Positions 29,157 through 39,424 of a stretch of DNA of 64,000 nt are shown piece by piece. The notes beneath the pieces were generated by a model that saw only the letters and a list, made by a program, of their open reading frames with translations, did no database searches and was not told the DNA's origin. A program made the position numbers and the translations under genes. The first letter of the stretch is position 1. Every line of letters starts with the position of its first letter. This stretch comes from a bacterium. Its GTDB lineage: Bacteria; UBA8248. The stretch spans positions 64,001 to 128,000 of the forward strand of contig CBDBZY010000012.1 in assembly GCA_965213685.1 (NCBI GenBank). Reading direction: 5' to 3'.

Positions 29157-31489
29157 TTGGCGTCTCCCGCCAGCCGAACGATGGCGTAGATGGCGATTCC
29201 CGCGATGACCAGCACGGTGATCTCGCCCAGGGTGTCGTATCCGCGGTAATCGACGATGATCGCGTTGACCACGTTCTTGAAGCCGGCCACCGGCTTGCTC
29301 GTGCGCATGAAGTAGTCCGCGATGGTCCGGAACTGGTGCGTGTTCATGACGGCGGCCATGCCGAGTGCCGCGCATGCGCCCAGGGCGACCGCGATTCCCC
29401 AGTCCCGCATTTTTCGGGCGGGAGAGAGGCGGGCGGGCTGCAGCTCGGGCAGGTAGTGGAAAACGAGCAGGAACAGCACCACGGAGGCCGATTCGATCAT
29501 GATTTGGGTCAGCGCCAGATCCGGAGCCTTCAGGAGCAGATACAGCCCGGAGATGGAGTAGCCCATGGTGCCCAGGGCGAGAATCGCCGGGATTCTCCGC
29601 CGGAAGAGCGCGGTGGCGAGCGCCGCGCCCATCGTCATCAGCGAGATGACGACGAGGAGGAGCGACGCGCCCGCGAACGTTCCGGGGAAGACGTCCTCCC
29701 CCCATTTCATCGACGAGACGGCATACAGGATGACGGCGGTGGGCACCACCAGCATCCAGCGCATGTATCTTCGGAGGTTTCCGTCCTGGATGAGGAGGAG
29801 CACCTCCCAGGTGCCGTGGCGCAGCCAGTCGATGAAGCCGTTATACGCCTTCTCGGGGGTGGGCGCGTTCCCCCATGCGCGGGCGATCGCGTCGAGGGCG
29901 GCCCGCACGCGGGCGAAGCGGAGGTAGAGCCCCACCCCCAGCGCCATGGTGACGATCGACATGATCAGGGGCGCGTTCACCCCGTGCCAAAGCCCCAGGT
30001 GGAGTTCGAGGCGCTCGCCGCCGCCCAGCGTGGCCGCAGCGGCGGGCGCTACGACGGCGTTTTCGATGACGCCCGGCGCCAGGCCGAACAGGAGCGCCAG
30101 GAGCACCAGGATGGCGGGCGCCGCGAGCATCCCCCAGGGCGGGTCGTGGGGATGCCTGGGCGCTTCTCCCTCGGCCGCCTTCCAGTAGGGCTCCCCCAGA
30201 AACCGCAGGTGGTAGAGTGCCGTGAACACGCCCGCGAAAAGGGTGAGCCAGGGCCAGAACCAGCCCCAGCTCCCGGGGCCTCCGGGGCGGAGACTCGCCT
30301 CGTAGAGCATTTCCTTGGTGATGAAGCCGCCCAGGGGCGGGACGCCGATCAGGCTGAGGGCGGCGAGGAGCGCGAGGATGTGGGTCCGGGGCATCAGCCT
30401 TCGCAGGTTTCCCAGGAGCCTGACGTCCCGCGTGCCCGCCTCGTGATCGATGATGCCGACCGTCATGAACATCGCCGCCTTGGCGGCCGCGTGGTTATAG
30501 AGGTGAAGGGTGGCGCCGACGATGGCCCCCCTGCCGCCATAGCCCAGGAAGGTGACGATGAGTCCCAGCTGGCTGATCGTCCCATACGCCAGGATGGCCT
30601 TGAGGTCGTGGGCGCGCAGGGAGAGCAGGCCGCCGGCGATCATCGTCGTCATGCCGAGGCCGGTGACGACGTAGCCCCAGGCCGGGTGGGCGCCCAGAAT
30701 CGGATAAAAGCGCGAGAGCAGGTAGATGCCCGCCTTCACCATGGTGGCCGAATGGAGAAAGGCGCTGATGGGCGTGGGCGCCTCCATGGCGTTCGGCAGC
30801 CAGATGTGGAAGGGCCACTGCGCGCTCTTGGTGGCCGCGCCGAGGATGATCAGCACGAAAACGCCCAGGGATACGTGCCGGGCGGGCTCCGGTGCCAGCA
30901 CCAGTTGGGAGAGGCGCCATTCGCCCGTCGCGTCGCCGAGGAGCAGGAAGCCTCCCAGCATGGCGAGGCCTCCGCTTCCGGTGATGAGAATCGCCTTGGT
31001 GGCGCCGTAGTTGGACGCCTTTTTCTCTGACCAGAAGCCGATCAGGAAAAACGAGGTGATGCTCGTCAGCTCCCAGAAGATGAAGAGCGAGATGAGATGG
31101 TTCGAGAAGACCACGCCCAGCATCGAGCCCATGAAGGCGATCAGAAAAGCGTAATAGCGCCCGAGTGCCTCGCCCGCGTGGAGGTACCAGTGCGAATACA
31201 GGACGATGAGCGCGCCCACGCCGGCGACCAGAAAGCCCCACATCAGGCTCAGGCCGTCCACCATGAAGGATATTTCCACGTTGGCCGCCGGCACCCAGGG
31301 GATGACGCGCGTGATGGTCCTCTGCCCCGCCGCCGCCCATTCCCGGTAAAGCCCGCAGAGTGCCCACGCGCTCACGAGGGGCGCCGCCATGGCGAACCAG
31401 GCGGCGCCCTTGCGGAACCGGTTCGCGAGGAGGGGAACGACGAGGGCGGCGAGGAACGGGAAGAAAACGATGATGAGGGTATTGTCCAA
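29144..31489 (-). CDS. mrpA: Mrp antiporter subunit A
   Basis: FWELTSITSFFLIG, TKSAQWPFHIWLPNAMEAPTPISAFLHSATMVKAG, NVVNAIIVDYRGYDTLGE. Confidence 0.95.
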   Translation of the reverse strand: MDNTLIIVFFPFLAALVVPLLANRFRKGAAWFAMAAPLVSAWALCGLYREWAAAGQRTITRVIPWVPAANVEISFMVDGLSLMWGFLVAGVGALIVLYSHWYLHAGEALGRYYAFLIAFMGSMLGVVFSNHLISLFIFWELTSITSFFLIGFWSEKKASNYGATKAILITGSGGLAMLGGFLLLGDATGEWRLSQLVLAPEPARHVSLGVFVLIILGAATKSAQWPFHIWLPNAMEAPTPISAFLHSATMVKAGIYLLSRFYPILGAHPAWGYVVTGLGMTTMIAGGLLSLRAHDLKAILAYGTISQLGLIVTFLGYGGRGAIVGATLHLYNHAAAKAAMFMTVGIIDHEAGTRDVRLLGNLRRLMPRTHILALLAALSLIGVPPLGGFITKEMLYEASLRPGGPGSWGWFWPWLTLFAGVFTALYHLRFLGEPYWKAAEGEAPRHPHDPPWGMLAAPAILVLLALLFGLAPGVIENAVVAPAAAATLGGGERLELHLGLWHGVNAPLIMSIVTMALGVGLYLRFARVRAALDAIARAWGNAPTPEKAYNGFIDWLRHGTWEVLLLIQDGNLRRYMRWMLVVPTAVILYAVSSMKWGEDVFPGTFAGASLLLVVISLMTMGAALATALFRRRIPAILALGTMGYSISGLYLLLKAPDLALTQIMIESASVVLFLLVFHYLPELQPARLSPARKMRDWGIAVALGACAALGMAAVMNTHQFRTIADYFMRTSKPVAGFKNVVNAIIVDYRGYDTLGEITVLVIAGIAIYAIVRLAGDAKWDH

Positions 31490-31540
31490 GGCGCGACCCT
31501 TCGAGGGTGGTTCTCGCATATGAAAAGCAGGTCTTGAAAA

Positions 31541-31569
31541 ATAATGGCATAATTGATGAAATCGGACAA
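31541..31569 (-). promoter_or_regulatory. Putative sigma70 promoter of the mrp operon
   Basis: TTGTCC-17nt-CATTAT in an AT-rich intergenic tract. Confidence 0.45.
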
Positions 31570-31742
31570 GAAAAGAACAGCCTCGCTTCCTGGACGCGCC
31601 GTCTGCGGCGAGGGATGGCGCGCGCGTGCGGCCGTCTCCGGCGGGATGGCGTTGCGGACCGAGGAGCCGGAACGGGGGGGAGGAGAGGCGCGTCCCGCAT
31701 GTTCCGGTTCTTTCCGTTGTGCCATAGGGGGGTGCTCAGTCC

Positions 31743-32513
31743 TTGGGGGAGACGACCTACCGCCTCTACGCCCTGTGCCAGGGGACGCGCGCGTGCGACG
31801 CCTCCTGGCTGCTGTATCTGAGCGAGTCGGGGCGCGTGCGGGAGCTGCCCTATTTCTTCTGGCTGCTGGTGCCCGAGGCCGGAGGTGCGCCCATCGCCGT
31901 GGACACCGGCTTCAGCGAGGCGGCCCAGAAGGCGCGCAATCCCGTCTATGCGGGCTACCGCCAGCAGCGGGAGCTTCTGGGACATTTCGGCGTCAAGCCG
32001 TCCGACGTCCAGACCCTCATCGTGAGCCACCTGCACTGGGATCACTTCTCCTCGGCGCGGCTGTTCTCCTCCGCGCGGTTTTATCTGCAGAGGGCGGAGC
32101 TGGATTTCTGGCGGAGCGACGCGGCGGGGTATCATTTCCTCAACCATTTTCTGGGCGACCTCCCCGAGGCGGAGAGGCTGGAGGAGGCGGGCCGCCTCGT
32201 GCTGGTGGAGGGCGAGGCGGAGATCGCCGACGGCGTGCGCGTCCACCGGGTGGGGGGGCACACGCCGGGCCTGCAGATCGTCCGCTTCCGCGCGCAGGAG
32301 GGCTGGGCGGTGCTGGCCGTGGACGCGGCCTACGTCTACCGGAGCCTGGAGTCCATGATTCCGCCCGGCATCCACGTGCACGTGGACGACGCGCTGCGCG
32401 CCCTCGACGCCATCAAGGACCTGGCCGATTCCCCGCGCCTCATTTTCGCGGGCCACGACGCGCGCGACCTGAAAATCCGGGAGGCGTTCCCCGGCGTGCG
32501 GCGGCTGGCGTGA
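31743..32513 (+). CDS. Metallo-beta-lactamase-fold hydrolase, N-acyl homoserine lactonase family
   Basis: VDTG, SHLHWDH, GGHTPGLQ, AVDA, AGHD. Confidence 0.85.
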   Translation: MGETTYRLYALCQGTRACDASWLLYLSESGRVRELPYFFWLLVPEAGGAPIAVDTGFSEAAQKARNPVYAGYRQQRELLGHFGVKPSDVQTLIVSHLHWDHFSSARLFSSARFYLQRAELDFWRSDAAGYHFLNHFLGDLPEAERLEEAGRLVLVEGEAEIADGVRVHRVGGHTPGLQIVRFRAQEGWAVLAVDAAYVYRSLESMIPPGIHVHVDDALRALDAIKDLADSPRLIFAGHDARDLKIREAFPGVRRLA

Positions 32514-32585
32514 GGGGTGCATCCCGCTCATGACTGGCGCCTCGACCCCCATCCATCAACAACTTTTATAATTGATAAGGAAAAC

Positions 32586-35500
32586 ATGATGCCGCCGAAT
32601 GGAGATTGGGCTGGGCCGGGCGGAGAGTTGGGCGACTACATTGCCGAGGAGTCGCAGAAGACTCTTAACGCCTATCGTGAACAACCCAACTCGGTGGATG
32701 AGCACGCCAATCACGAGGCGGACACGGCGCGCGGCGGTTATGCGCGCCGCCAGCTGTTCGAACTGGTCCAGAACAGCGCCGACGCTTTGATCGGGGTACA
32801 AGGCGGCGGACGCATCACGATTCGCCTGACAGAGACTTATCTGTATTGCGCCGATGATGGGAAGCGGATCGACCGGGATGGCGTAAAGGCGCTCATGTTT
32901 TCGCACTTGTCCCCAAAGAGAGGGACCAGCGAGATCGGAAGGTTCGGCCTCGGCTTCAAGTCTGTTCTCGGAGTTACCGACGCGCCGGAATTTTTCAGCC
33001 GCTCCGGCTCGTTCCGCTTTGATCGCGACCGCTCACGCGACCGCATACGGGAAGTCGCCCCGAATGCCGAACGCTATCCGGCGTTGCGCCTGCCTGACCC
33101 TATCCACCCCCGCGAGAACCGGGATGAGGACAACATTCTCCGCGAACTTATGGGCTGGGCGACGAACATCGTGCGGTTGCCGCTGAAGCACAATGCCCGG
33201 GACAACCTTGAACAGCAGATGCGCGACTTCCCGCCGGAGTTTCTTCTGTTCGTCGAGCACGTCGGCAAACTCACGCTTCGTGATGAAACCCCTGAAACCA
33301 GCCGCACATTTGAGCTGCAAAAGGTTGAGGAACCTAACGTATATCTTCTTGGGGAAGACAAGCAGGATAGCGGATGGAAACTGTTCAAGCGCACGCATTC
33401 CCTGTCAAGTGATGCCCGGGATGACAAGAGAGCGCTCGACGATGGCGACGAGGTGCCAATATGGTGGGCTGCGCCTCTTGATCGATTGAATGTTCCCGGC
33501 TATTTCTGGGCGTTTTTCCCGACGCAAAGCGCAAGCCTCGTCGCCGGCATCCTGAACGCGCCGTGGAAAACAAACGAAGATCGGCAAAATCTTCTGCCGG
33601 GGAAATACAACGAGGAGCTGATCGACGCCGCGGTGGAGATGGTCGCCGACGCGCTGCCCGATCTCGCAACGGACGAGGACCCCGCCAGACATCTGGACGC
33701 GCTGCCGCGCAGGGGGGAACCCGGAGATACCGAGCACATCAACAGGATCCGTGAGGGCTTGTATTCGACGCTTGGCAGTCGCGCCATCGTCCCTGACCAG
33801 GACGGGGAGCTGCGCCGCGTCGGAGAAATCTCCTATCCCCCGGGAGAATTGACGGAGCACCGACTGGTCATGGAGCCGCTCAAACGATGGGCGGAGTATC
33901 CGGGCCGGCCACGGAATTGGCTTCATCACGAGGCACTCCCGCGCAACCGGATTTCCAGGATCGACCGGTTGTTTTCCTCCGCTTTTCCGTATCATCCAGG
34001 GAAGGCTCCCAGGAAGGCGCTCAGTGATTGGCTGGCGGTGCTTGTTGCGGAAGGTGAGGAGTCGAACGACGCCGTCCGAGCCTCCATGGCCGCTATCCAG
34101 ACAGCCGCGCTCATACCGCCTGACATTCGACGAACGCAGAACAGCCTCGGCAGTATCGTCCGGACGGCAAGCGATGCATGGCGGGAACCGGACCCGGAGC
34201 GTCTGTTCCTGCCTGAGGAGTCGGGGAATGGCTGGCGCGTCCCGGATTCCGGGGAGTCATGCGTCCACCCGAAGCTGGCGGCAGACGGAGAGACCCTCTC
34301 GGCGTTAAAAGAACTGGGGATCAAGCCGCCGTCGCCGGAAAGCATATTCAGACTTGCCGCGAAAGAGGTGCTGGATAGCACGTCGCCGCCAAGCGATGAT
34401 CTTTTGAGGAAATTCTGGTTACAGGCCCGGAAGGTCGGGGACGCAGCCCGCGACATCATCGTTGAAAGCCTCAAGGACCGGAGATCGGAGCTGGAGTCGA
34501 GACTTCGCATCCGGACGCGGTCTGGCGACTGGCGACTTTCTTGTGAGGTGTTGCTGCCTGGCAGCATCGTTCCCGGCGACGGGAGTCGGGATGACTGCGT
34601 CACCGTGGATATGGATTTCCACGCGCCGGATTCCGGGCTACTGCGCGCTCTTGGGGTGGTGGATGCGCCACAGCCTGATCGTTGTCTGGCGTCGGAGCCT
34701 CGCTTCCCGGATTTCCTGGACAGATGCCGCAGGCGCTTCCAGGATAGCATAGAAAAAAATCCGCGGCTGGATCTACTGAATTTTGCATCAAGCAAGGGGA
34801 GCGGCCCGCTAGAGGTATTCCGCACTCTCTCTGACGAAGCCAAGGTTCGTTACACGCATGCCTTGTTGTTTCTTGACGCCACTTTTGAGGAGTGGGAGAT
34901 GAAGCACGACAACCCGGGCTATCCGAAACGGTCATACAAGTCGCCGGCCGTTAGCATGCTGCGCGAACACGGGCGAGTTCGAACCTGCGAAAGCATCGTT
35001 CCGTTCAAGGATGGGCTTGGCGCGCAGCCGAAAAACCAGGCGGCACTGCACGCCCTGCTGGCACACTCGGAGGCGGACAGGATCAAGAAAGTGTTCGATC
35101 TTTCGGAACCGAGCCCGGAATTTATCGGGGAGGAGGACGCGATTCCTCTGACCGATGTATGGCCAGGTTTGAAGGAGCGTCTTCCGGCGGAGCGGCAAGC
35201 ATGCGAACTCATACGCTGCGAACGAATCCTGGTTGCTGGAAAGACGAAGGAGGCCCTTTTTCACGCTCCGAACGTTTATCTCACCCACACGGCGGATGAT
35301 GACGAAAGTCATGAGCTGCGGCTCGTCTGCGAGAGTCTGGAGCTTCGGCTGAGTGCGGCACAGCTGGAGGGTATACGGCAATACAGGACGCGACAGGAAA
35401 TCGAGAAGCGGCGCGCGACTGTCAGGGAATGCTCGACGGACGCCGAGCGACTTCTGGCTGCAGTGGGCGAATCCGCCCTCCGCCGAGACTTGCCCGATTC

Positions 35501-36992
35501 GTTGCTCGCCATACGTGAGTCGGACGACGGTGTTGTGGCGGACATTCAGCTCGCCAAAGACGCCATCGCCATCTACCATTCGGACGCTCTCAGACGGTTT
35601 CGGGGGGCGTTGGGCGCCTTGGACCCGCCGCAGCAATGGGCTGGTCGCCGGCCCGCCGTCGAATTTGTTCGTTCGCTCGGATTTTCAGCCGAATGGGCAG
35701 GAAAGGGGGGGAACCGCCGAGACCCGTTTCTCGAAATCGAAGGCCCTTACTCGCTGCCAGGACTCCATGACTACCAGAAAAAAATCGTCGCCAACGTGCG
35801 GAGGATGTTCCGCAACGGGGGCGTGGACGGCACCGGAAGGCGCGGGATGATCAGTCTGCCGACCGGATCGGGCAAGACGCGCGTCGCCGTGCAGGCGATT
35901 GTCGATGCAATGCGTGAAGATGGCTTTGAGGGCGGAATTCTCTGGGTCGCGGACCGCGACGAGTTGTGCGAACAGGCTGTTGAGGCGTGGCGGCAGGCTT
36001 GGTCGAGCATTGGCGCGGCCGGGGCGCAGTTGCGCATCTCCAGGATGTGGGGCAGTCAGTCCAGACCTGAGCCAACGAGCGACCTCCATGTCGTCGTCGC
36101 GACGATTCAGACGCTGGACGCCAGGTTTAAGAGGCAGACCGGCGAATACGAGTTTCTCTCAGACTTCAAACTCGTCGTTTTCGATGAGGCGCATCGCTCG
36201 ATTGCTCGGACCTTTACTTCCGTGATGCGGGAAATCGGACTGACCCAACGGAATAAAGCGGACGATCCGTTTCTGCTTGGTCTCACCGCTACGCCCTATC
36301 GTGGATACGATGAGGCGGAAACCAGGCGGCTGAGAAATCGTTACGGTCGCAAGCGGTTTGATTTCGGAGCATTTGAGAGGGACGACCCGGAGCATGTCAT
36401 CGGCGAGCTGCAAGAGATGTGCGTGCTCGCGCGGGCAGAGCACGAAACCATCGAAGGTGGCGAGTTCCGGCTGAACGATAGCGAACGGCAGGAAGCGGAA
36501 TCCGCCCCCTGGCTTCCGGAGAGCGTGGAGAAACGCATCGCGGCGGACGCCGATCGCACCAAGCGCATCATTGAAGCGTATGAAAAACACGTCGATGGGG
36601 ATTGGCCCACCCTCGTATTCGCGACGTCGGTCGCGCACGCCAAGACGGTAGCGGCGCTCCTGAATGAGAGAGGGATTACATCGAGAGCCGTTAGCGCAGA
36701 AACAGAGATATCGACGCGCCGAAGGATAGTCGAGGAATTCCGGCGCGGCGAGGTCAAGGCGCTCGTGAACTACGGCGTATTTCGAGAGGGCTTCGACGCG
36801 CCCAGGACGCGCGCCATCATTGTGGCCCGGCCGGTCTATAGTCCGAATCTCTATTTTCAGATGATCGGCAGGGGCCTGCGAGGCGTCCTCAACGGCGGCA
36901 ACGACCGATGCCTCATCCTCAACGTTCGCGACAACATCCAGAACTTCGAGGGCGCGCTCGCATTCTCGGACCTGGACTGGCTTTGGGCTTGA
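32586..36992 (+). CDS. Sacsin-like GHKL (HSP90-type) ATPase fused to a C-terminal SF2 DEAH helicase
   Basis: ELVQNSADA, ADDG, IGRFGLGFKSV; LPTGSGKT, VFDEAHRS, LTATP, EGFDAP, QMIGRGLRG. Has its own TATAAT (32567-32572) and AAGGA RBS. Confidence 0.85.
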   Translation: MMPPNGDWAGPGGELGDYIAEESQKTLNAYREQPNSVDEHANHEADTARGGYARRQLFELVQNSADALIGVQGGGRITIRLTETYLYCADDGKRIDRDGVKALMFSHLSPKRGTSEIGRFGLGFKSVLGVTDAPEFFSRSGSFRFDRDRSRDRIREVAPNAERYPALRLPDPIHPRENRDEDNILRELMGWATNIVRLPLKHNARDNLEQQMRDFPPEFLLFVEHVGKLTLRDETPETSRTFELQKVEEPNVYLLGEDKQDSGWKLFKRTHSLSSDARDDKRALDDGDEVPIWWAAPLDRLNVPGYFWAFFPTQSASLVAGILNAPWKTNEDRQNLLPGKYNEELIDAAVEMVADALPDLATDEDPARHLDALPRRGEPGDTEHINRIREGLYSTLGSRAIVPDQDGELRRVGEISYPPGELTEHRLVMEPLKRWAEYPGRPRNWLHHEALPRNRISRIDRLFSSAFPYHPGKAPRKALSDWLAVLVAEGEESNDAVRASMAAIQTAALIPPDIRRTQNSLGSIVRTASDAWREPDPERLFLPEESGNGWRVPDSGESCVHPKLAADGETLSALKELGIKPPSPESIFRLAAKEVLDSTSPPSDDLLRKFWLQARKVGDAARDIIVESLKDRRSELESRLRIRTRSGDWRLSCEVLLPGSIVPGDGSRDDCVTVDMDFHAPDSGLLRALGVVDAPQPDRCLASEPRFPDFLDRCRRRFQDSIEKNPRLDLLNFASSKGSGPLEVFRTLSDEAKVRYTHALLFLDATFEEWEMKHDNPGYPKRSYKSPAVSMLREHGRVRTCESIVPFKDGLGAQPKNQAALHALLAHSEADRIKKVFDLSEPSPEFIGEEDAIPLTDVWPGLKERLPAERQACELIRCERILVAGKTKEALFHAPNVYLTHTADDDESHELRLVCESLELRLSAAQLEGIRQYRTRQEIEKRRATVRECSTDAERLLAAVGESALRRDLPDSLLAIRESDDGVVADIQLAKDAIAIYHSDALRRFRGALGALDPPQQWAGRRPAVEFVRSLGFSAEWAGKGGNRRDPFLEIEGPYSLPGLHDYQKKIVANVRRMFRNGGVDGTGRRGMISLPTGSGKTRVAVQAIVDAMREDGFEGGILWVADRDELCEQAVEAWRQAWSSIGAAGAQLRISRMWGSQSRPEPTSDLHVVVATIQTLDARFKRQTGEYEFLSDFKLVVFDEAHRSIARTFTSVMREIGLTQRNKADDPFLLGLTATPYRGYDEAETRRLRNRYGRKRFDFGAFERDDPEHVIGELQEMCVLARAEHETIEGGEFRLNDSERQEAESAPWLPESVEKRIAADADRTKRIIEAYEKHVDGDWPTLVFATSVAHAKTVAALLNERGITSRAVSAETEISTRRRIVEEFRRGEVKALVNYGVFREGFDAPRTRAIIVARPVYSPNLYFQMIGRGLRGVLNGGNDRCLILNVRDNIQNFEGALAFSDLDWLWA

Positions 36993-37105
36993 GTCCCCCC
37001 CCCTCCCTTCATCTGTCGTGGCCGTCTCATCCCCCCGCGTGGAAGCGTCAGCGGGTTTGCGGTATGGTGTCCCCCATCGAATCGCCCCGCGCATAGGAAC
37101 CTGAC

Positions 37106-38119
37106 ATGAAAGTCGGCCTTTTCATCACCAACCAGCAGCATCTCGCAACCGATATGGTCAGCGCCCTGGACGAGCAATACGCGATGGTGCGCCTCGCGCG
37201 CGACAGGGGCTGGGATTCGGTGTTCACCGGCCAGCACTACCTGAACGAGGGGAACAACAAGCAGCTGCAAATCGTCCCCTTCCTCGCGCGCCTCCAGGCG
37301 GAGGCCGGGGAGATGACCCTGGGCCTGGGCGTTCTGCTGATCAACCTCCACAACCCCGTGTATGTCGCGGAGACGGTCGCGTCGCTCGACGTGATCTGCC
37401 GCGGGAACTTCGTGTTCGGCATCGGCCTGGGATACCGCCAGGCGGAGTTCGACGCCTTTCGGGTGCCGAGGGGACACCGCGTCCGCAGGTTCGAGGAATG
37501 CCTGGAGCTGGTGAAGCGGTTGTGGACGGCGGAGGAGGTCGCCTGGGAGGGCGACGTCTGCAAGCTCGAGGGGGTGCGCATGAACATCCGCCCCGTCCAG
37601 AAGCCCTGCCCGCCGATCTGGGTCGCGGCGAACAACGACCGCGCCATCGAGCGCGCGGCACGCATCGGGGACGCCTGGTTCATCAATCCCCATTCCACCA
37701 CCGCGACGATCCAGCGCCAGATGAGCCTGTATCGGGCGGAGTTGGACAGATGCGGGAAGCCGTTCCCGAACGCGCTGCCCTGCATCAAGGAGGTTTTTTG
37801 CGCCCGCGACAGAAAAACCGCCCTGGAGATGGCGGGCCCCTATCTGCTCGGCAAATACAGGGACTACGCCAAATGGGGGCAGGACGACGCGATGCCGGAG
37901 GATGAATCGTTCGACCAGGAATTCGCCGACCTCCTGAAGGATCGCTTCGTCATCGGCTCGCCCGGGGAGTGCTACGAGCAGCTTCGTCCCTACTGGGAGG
38001 AAGTCGGGGTGAATCACCTGGTCATCCGGACGCACTGGGCGGGAATGCCGCTCTCGACCGCCCTCCACAGCATGCGGATGATCTCCGAGGAGCTCCTGCC
38101 CGCCCTGAGGAGGGTTTAG
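37106..38119 (+). CDS. LLM-class (luciferase-like) flavin-dependent oxidoreductase
   Basis: GWDSVFTGQHY, NPVYVAETVASLD, GLGYRQAEF, RPVQKPCPPIWV. Confidence 0.88.
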   Translation: MKVGLFITNQQHLATDMVSALDEQYAMVRLARDRGWDSVFTGQHYLNEGNNKQLQIVPFLARLQAEAGEMTLGLGVLLINLHNPVYVAETVASLDVICRGNFVFGIGLGYRQAEFDAFRVPRGHRVRRFEECLELVKRLWTAEEVAWEGDVCKLEGVRMNIRPVQKPCPPIWVAANNDRAIERAARIGDAWFINPHSTTATIQRQMSLYRAELDRCGKPFPNALPCIKEVFCARDRKTALEMAGPYLLGKYRDYAKWGQDDAMPEDESFDQEFADLLKDRFVIGSPGECYEQLRPYWEEVGVNHLVIRTHWAGMPLSTALHSMRMISEELLPALRRV

Positions 38120-38317
38120 GGTTTGACGACGACGCATCCCCACGGACGCCGGGTTCCTCCAAGGGGGGAAAACCCCGCTCTCCCCGGGCCGGTCGGCGGC
38201 CCCTGTGCCGGAAAATTTCGGGAGAGCATGAAAATCCTTCGTGCATAACCCAGTTCGGCATGGTATATTGGAAGAAACGACAATCCAGCGTATGCGCCGC
38301 AAAAACGGGGGGCCGAC

Positions 38318-38842
38318 ATGCCTGAGAAAAGAATGATCTCTTTTGTCCTGAACGGGGAGTCCGTCGAGGCCCTGGTGCCCGTCAACCGCTATCTGGTGGA
38401 TTTCATCCGGGAGGACCTCGGGATGATGGGCACCAAGCGCTCCTGCGACCAGGGCGTGTGCGGCTCCTGTGCCGTCATCATGGACGACGCCCTCATCAGC
38501 GCGTGCCTCACCCTCGCCGTTCGCGCCGATGGCGCGCGGGTCGAGACGATAGAGGGCGTGGGCAGCATGGAGGGGGGCCTCCACCCCCTGCAGGCCGCCT
38601 TCGCCTCGCACGGCGCCACCCAGTGCGGCTACTGCACGCCGGGGATGATCGTCTCCGCCAAAAAGCTGCTCGAGGAGAATCCCGACCCCTCCGAGGCGGA
38701 AATCCAGCACTGGCTCACCGGGAATCTTTGCCGCTGCACGGGCTATCGCAAGATCATCGAGGCGATTCGCGCCGTGGCCGAGGGCAGAACCGAACCCGAT
38801 CCCCCCATCACGGTGCCCACGGTAAAGGCCTACGACGACTAG
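38318..38842 (+). CDS. (2Fe-2S)-binding subunit of the xanthine oxidase/CO dehydrogenase family (CoxS-like)
   Basis: GTKRSCDQGVCGSCAV..SAC, QCGYCTPG, GNLCRCTGY. Confidence 0.92.
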   Translation: MPEKRMISFVLNGESVEALVPVNRYLVDFIREDLGMMGTKRSCDQGVCGSCAVIMDDALISACLTLAVRADGARVETIEGVGSMEGGLHPLQAAFASHGATQCGYCTPGMIVSAKKLLEENPDPSEAEIQHWLTGNLCRCTGYRKIIEAIRAVAEGRTEPDPPITVPTVKAYDD

Positions 38843-38937
38843 CCCCTCTCCTTCCCACACAGCCCGCGCGGCGGGGAAGCGCGGGAAGCGGGAGCAGCAA
38901 GCGCGCCCCCCGTCGGGACGGGCAAACGGAGGCCGCC

Positions 38938-39390
38938 ATGAAGCGCATGATCGAGCACGTCGCCCTGCGCGTCACGAATCTGGAGCGTTCGATAGCCTTC
39001 TACCGCGACGTGATGGGACTCGCGCCGGTGGGCCGGCGGGCGATTCACGACGGCGCGATAGAGCAGGTCGTGTTCCGCGTGGGGGAGGACGTCCTCGTCC
39101 TCTTCCATTCCGATGCGTTCGTGCCCGAGGACGTCGAGGTCAGGGGCGGGGTGGATCACGTCGCCTTCTGCTTCGACGACGCCGGCTACCACGCCGTCAT
39201 CGAGCGCCTGCGCGCGGCCGGCCGGGAGCCGCACCGCGGCGAGGAGAAGAACCTGGGCGCCTTCGGCGTGGGCTACGCCACCTATTTCCACGACCCCGAC
39301 AACATCGAGATCGAGATCAAGCGCTACGACGATCCCCCCGAGCAGCCGGGCCCCGAGTGGTATGAGAGCGGCCGGGAGATGAGCGCCTGA
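38938..39390 (+). CDS. VOC/glyoxalase family protein
   Basis: IEHVALRVTNLERSIAFYRDVMG, VDHVAF, YFHDPDNIEIE. Confidence 0.85.
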   Translation: MKRMIEHVALRVTNLERSIAFYRDVMGLAPVGRRAIHDGAIEQVVFRVGEDVLVLFHSDAFVPEDVEVRGGVDHVAFCFDDAGYHAVIERLRAAGREPHRGEEKNLGAFGVGYATYFHDPDNIEIEIKRYDDPPEQPGPEWYESGREMSA

Positions 39391-39424
39391 TCCCCCGTTT
39401 TTTCGTGTATTCCTCCCTCCGTAC

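Noticed and set aside
32511-32588. TGA of the lactonase-like gene is in frame with the ATPase-helicase ORF (possible read-through fusion)
   Set aside because: The hydrolase is already complete, the TGA is not at a Cys-type motif, there is no A-GUY-U hairpin, and the helicase has its own -10 and RBS.
32514-37105. Mobile element boundaries around the helicase gene
   Set aside because: No terminal repeats, target-site duplication, integrase or tRNA were seen.
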